Shown here one piece after another: positions 61,403-64,000 of a stretch of DNA of 64,000 nt. Position 1 is the first letter of the stretch, and each line of letters starts with the position of its first letter. The translations under genes were made by a program, and so were the position numbers. The stretch lies in the NCBI RefSeq assembly GCF_009931435.1, contig NZ_CP043414.1; one strand, given 5' to 3'. The notes under the pieces were generated by a model. The model saw only the letters and a program-made list of their open reading frames with translations. It had not been told where the DNA came from and did not search any database. Source of the stretch: Escherichia coli (lineage in GTDB: Bacteria; Pseudomonadota; Gammaproteobacteria; Enterobacterales; Enterobacteriaceae).

Positions 61403-62491
61403 TCAACCACCTGCTTTCATTACCCATTCAGAGATAAATTTATTACCCGGTACTGGCGGAGAGTACAAATAGCCCTGCAAAAAGTGAACGCCTTTGCCGA
61501 TCATTAAATCCGCCTGCTCCTGGGTTTCTACCCCTTCCGCCACGATACTCAGACCAGGCTTACGCGCCAGTTCGACAATATTGTCCACAATATGACCGGA
61601 AATTTCGTCGACACTCGCCATTTGCACAAACGACTTGTCAATTTTAATAAAATCGACCGGAAACGCCTGCAGATAACGATAGGTCGCATAACCCGTACCA
61701 AAGTCATCCAGCGCAAAGGTAATGTTGTGCTGATGAAGGCTGTCAAATATCGCTCTGGCTTCTGGCGTTACCGGAATGGGGTTGCGTTCCGTTAGCTCAA
61801 GAACCAGCTTGATTTTATCGTTACCTAATTTCTTGACCAGGTTCAGACACTCTTTTTCAAATCCTGCGGCCAAAAAACATCCTGCCGAGACGTTGATTCC
61901 AATATGGAAATTATCCGGCAGCAAATGTTTTACTGGCATCAGAATATCCGCAGTCTGTTTCATCAGCTGGCGAGTCATTATGACAATAAGACCGGATGAC
62001 TCCGCCAGAGGAATAAACTGATCCGGTGGGATAATTCCCGTTTGCGGATGTTCCCAGCGAACAAGCACTTCACAGCCCGTCAGTACCCCTGTCTGCGCGC
62101 AGAAAACGGGCTGGATCCACGGTTTGAATTCGTGATTTTCCAACGCCAGACTGATGGCTTCAGGCGTGACGATATGGTGACAACGGTTATCAGGAATATA
62201 AAAATTATTTTTATTTCCCTTGCCACTGATGACTTGCGGATGATATTGAAAAAAGATATCCCGCCAGAAAGTAATATCACTCTGGATGCCTAATTTTTCA
62301 TACAACTGCTTCTTCTGATGTGAAATTGTCTTTGCGCTACGATTTCTGTATTGTGATATTTCTGTAACCGACATTCCCTCCATTAGCAGCTTGAGTAAAA
62401 GCCGTTCTTTTTCGGACACGATACCAGGCAAGGTCAAATTAACCGTTGCCCCGAACTCTTCCAAAAAAACACTCAAATCATGCGAAGCCAT
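61403..62491 (-). CDS. pdeL: c-di-GMP phosphodiesterase and LuxR-type DNA-binding regulator PdeL
   Basis: LuxR HTH (KERLLLKLLMEGMSVTEISQYRNRSAKTISHQKKQLYEKLG) plus an EAL domain (ELTER, DDFGTGYA). The ATG at 62491 (MASHDLSVFLEEF) aligns with the K-12 N-terminus. The ORF-track start at 62500 is a GTG. Confidence 0.94.
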   Translation of the reverse strand: MASHDLSVFLEEFGATVNLTLPGIVSEKERLLLKLLMEGMSVTEISQYRNRSAKTISHQKKQLYEKLGIQSDITFWRDIFFQYHPQVISGKGNKNNFYIPDNRCHHIVTPEAISLALENHEFKPWIQPVFCAQTGVLTGCEVLVRWEHPQTGIIPPDQFIPLAESSGLIVIMTRQLMKQTADILMPVKHLLPDNFHIGINVSAGCFLAAGFEKECLNLVKKLGNDKIKLVLELTERNPIPVTPEARAIFDSLHQHNITFALDDFGTGYATYRYLQAFPVDFIKIDKSFVQMASVDEISGHIVDNIVELARKPGLSIVAEGVETQEQADLMIGKGVHFLQGYLYSPPVPGNKFISEWVMKAGG

Positions 62492-62578
62492 TGAACACAC
62501 CTTGATGAAATCTTGTGCGCCAGCTAAATCTGCTTGTCTTCACTCTAACTGATAAAGCTGACTGCAAGAAAATGACAC

Positions 62579-62610
62579 AGAGAGCCGAATTATCTCCCGT
62601 TCGGCTCTCT
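62579..62610 (-). terminator. Terminator hairpin downstream of the autotransporter gene
   Basis: agagagccgaa / ttatctcccg / ttcggctctct has an 11-bp perfect stem. On the minus strand it is followed by gtgtcattttcttg. Confidence 0.65.
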
Positions 62611-62632
62611 CTCCTTTTACTCATTATTCAGA

Positions 62633-64000
62633 TCAGAATTGCCACTTAATGCCCACCATTGCAGAGGTGTCATTATATCCTCTATCGGCAACCTGAACGC
62701 CCACATTCCCCCAGACATTCAGGTTGGCATTTAGCTGTCCTTCCACCCCGGTTTTTATCTCAGCAATATTTCGGGCGCCATCCTGAGTGACGGAGACGCC
62801 ATCCATGCTGGTGCTGAAATCCTTACTGTTATGCAGCCAGTTCACTTCTACAAACGGCTGGAACTCGCGGGATTTACCCTCATCCATTTTATGGTGGCTC
62901 TTCAGCCAGGTTTTTACGCCAAGTCGGGTTTGAACATTGCCATCACCGTTGCTATGAACGAGGGTTCCGTTGCTTTCGCGGTGATTATCGGCTTTGACTC
63001 CCATCCAGGTAACCTGTGCTTGCGGCTGAACATACCATTCATTACGCGTTCCCTGGCTGCCATTAAATTCAGCTAATTTGTGTTTGTATCCAGCTTCCAG
63101 TGAAGCGGTAAATCCTTTTGATTTATAGGATTCACTTTGTAAGTCATCCCCTTTCACTGTGTTATCAAACCAACTGTACTGCGCCCAACTGTCGAGATAC
63201 GCGCCATTACGCGACTCGTCATCGGCATACCAGGTGGCATAGAGGCCTGTGCTATATCCGTTCACACTCGCTTTTGCACGATAACCAGTTCGCGAGGAAA
63301 TGGTTTTGCTGTCGCTGTTGCCATATCCCGCCATGACCCCAACATGCCAGCGATCGCTGCCGTTTTGGCTCCACTGCGCGATATCGCCTCCCAGTTGCAG
63401 AACATAGCGATTGCTTTGGGTTTTCAGCTGGCCGCTGCCATCACGCCATTTATTATGACCACCTTCATGGCGCATCCACATAGTGGTTTGTTTCTGCTCA
63501 CCCGTCACCATGTCGGTATAGTACGTATTACCCAGACGCTCATGCAGACGCGTGTTGAACATGGTATTCGCTGCTGCAAGGTTCGCAATGTAGCTACCCG
63601 CCTCCGGTCGCAGGTCATTATCCACATTCAGATCCGGACCCGGCGTAGGTGTCGGGTTAGGGTTCGGCTCTGGATTCGGGTTTGGCTCCGGATTCGGCAT
63701 CGGGTCGGGCTCCGGCTGCAGTTCAGGAGAATCACTGCCGCTGGTCAGATACCAGTTACCGCTATTTGCCCCCTGTCCACGCGCGAGAGTGTAGTCATAT
63801 GCCCCCGCAACGATACGCCCAGCCTGAACAAATTCGCCCTCAGACTTACCGTCTACATGGATAAGTTCGATACCGTTAAGGGTTTTCGCACCTGTACCGC
63901 CAGCGTTATTCACCGTAACGGCAGTCGTGCCGCTAGTATCGCCCTCGACAACCAATTTATCGGTTACTGAGTCATCGCCATTCAGTACCGTATTCATTAC
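62633..64000 (-). CDS. C-terminal part of an AIDA-I/Ag43-type autotransporter adhesin (partial; N-terminus beyond the window end); possibly EhaA-like
   Basis: It has a Pro/Asn-rich linker (PEPDPMPNPEPNPNPEPNPNPTPTPGP) followed by an autotransporter beta-domain ending MVGIKWQF. The reading frame is open to position 64000. Confidence 0.88.
   Translation of the reverse strand, partial: VMNTVLNGDDSVTDKLVVEGDTSGTTAVTVNNAGGTGAKTLNGIELIHVDGKSEGEFVQAGRIVAGAYDYTLARGQGANSGNWYLTSGSDSPELQPEPDPMPNPEPNPNPEPNPNPTPTPGPDLNVDNDLRPEAGSYIANLAAANTMFNTRLHERLGNTYYTDMVTGEQKQTTMWMRHEGGHNKWRDGSGQLKTQSNRYVLQLGGDIAQWSQNGSDRWHVGVMAGYGNSDSKTISSRTGYRAKASVNGYSTGLYATWYADDESRNGAYLDSWAQYSWFDNTVKGDDLQSESYKSKGFTASLEAGYKHKLAEFNGSQGTRNEWYVQPQAQVTWMGVKADNHRESNGTLVHSNGDGNVQTRLGVKTWLKSHHKMDEGKSREFQPFVEVNWLHNSKDFSTSMDGVSVTQDGARNIAEIKTGVEGQLNANLNVWGNVGVQVADRGYNDTSAMVGIKWQF

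Overview
This is an Escherichia coli-type chromosomal segment. It is collinear with, but inverted relative to, the K-12 map interval yaiV-yaiT-hemB-tauABCD-frmRAB-yaiL-mhpT-mhpEFDCBA-mhpR-lacIZYA-cynXSTR-codAB-prpEDCB-prpR-yahO...yahA(pdeL). Almost all large ORFs are recognisable from their protein sequences, so most of the window is ordinary core metabolism: taurine, formaldehyde, 3-hydroxyphenylpropionate, lactose, cyanate, cytosine and propionate. Nearly every operon boundary carries a REP/BIME palindromic repeat cluster, and two of these are long in-phase tandem arrays that create phantom ORFs. No IS element, integrase, prophage gene or CRISPR array is visible.

The parts worth a second look, comparing with K-12 gene order recalled from memory (not aligned here):
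1. A two-gene module (MBL-fold hydrolase plus GlxA/AraC-type regulator) lies between mhpR and lacI. Its last codons are the classical lacI promoter sequence, which suggests K-12 carries a deletion scar there.
2. A roughly 5.5 kb module (CUT2 sugar-type ABC importer plus an ASCH-domain protein, with a near-consensus CRP site) lies between yahK and yahJ.
3. The uncharacterised yahDEFG-IJ cluster resembles the fdrA-ylbE-ylbF-carbamate kinase module, and here it sits next to that transporter.
4. An AT-rich islet (yahL / yahM position) contains a previously unflagged tRNA-like sequence. Its acceptor, D and T arms and an encoded CCA are intact, but the anticodon region is aberrant.
5. yaiT appears as an intact autotransporter gene, and a second AIDA-type autotransporter runs off the right end of the window.

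I cannot show that any of these is a new system. They are candidates, and the decisive checks are stated for each.
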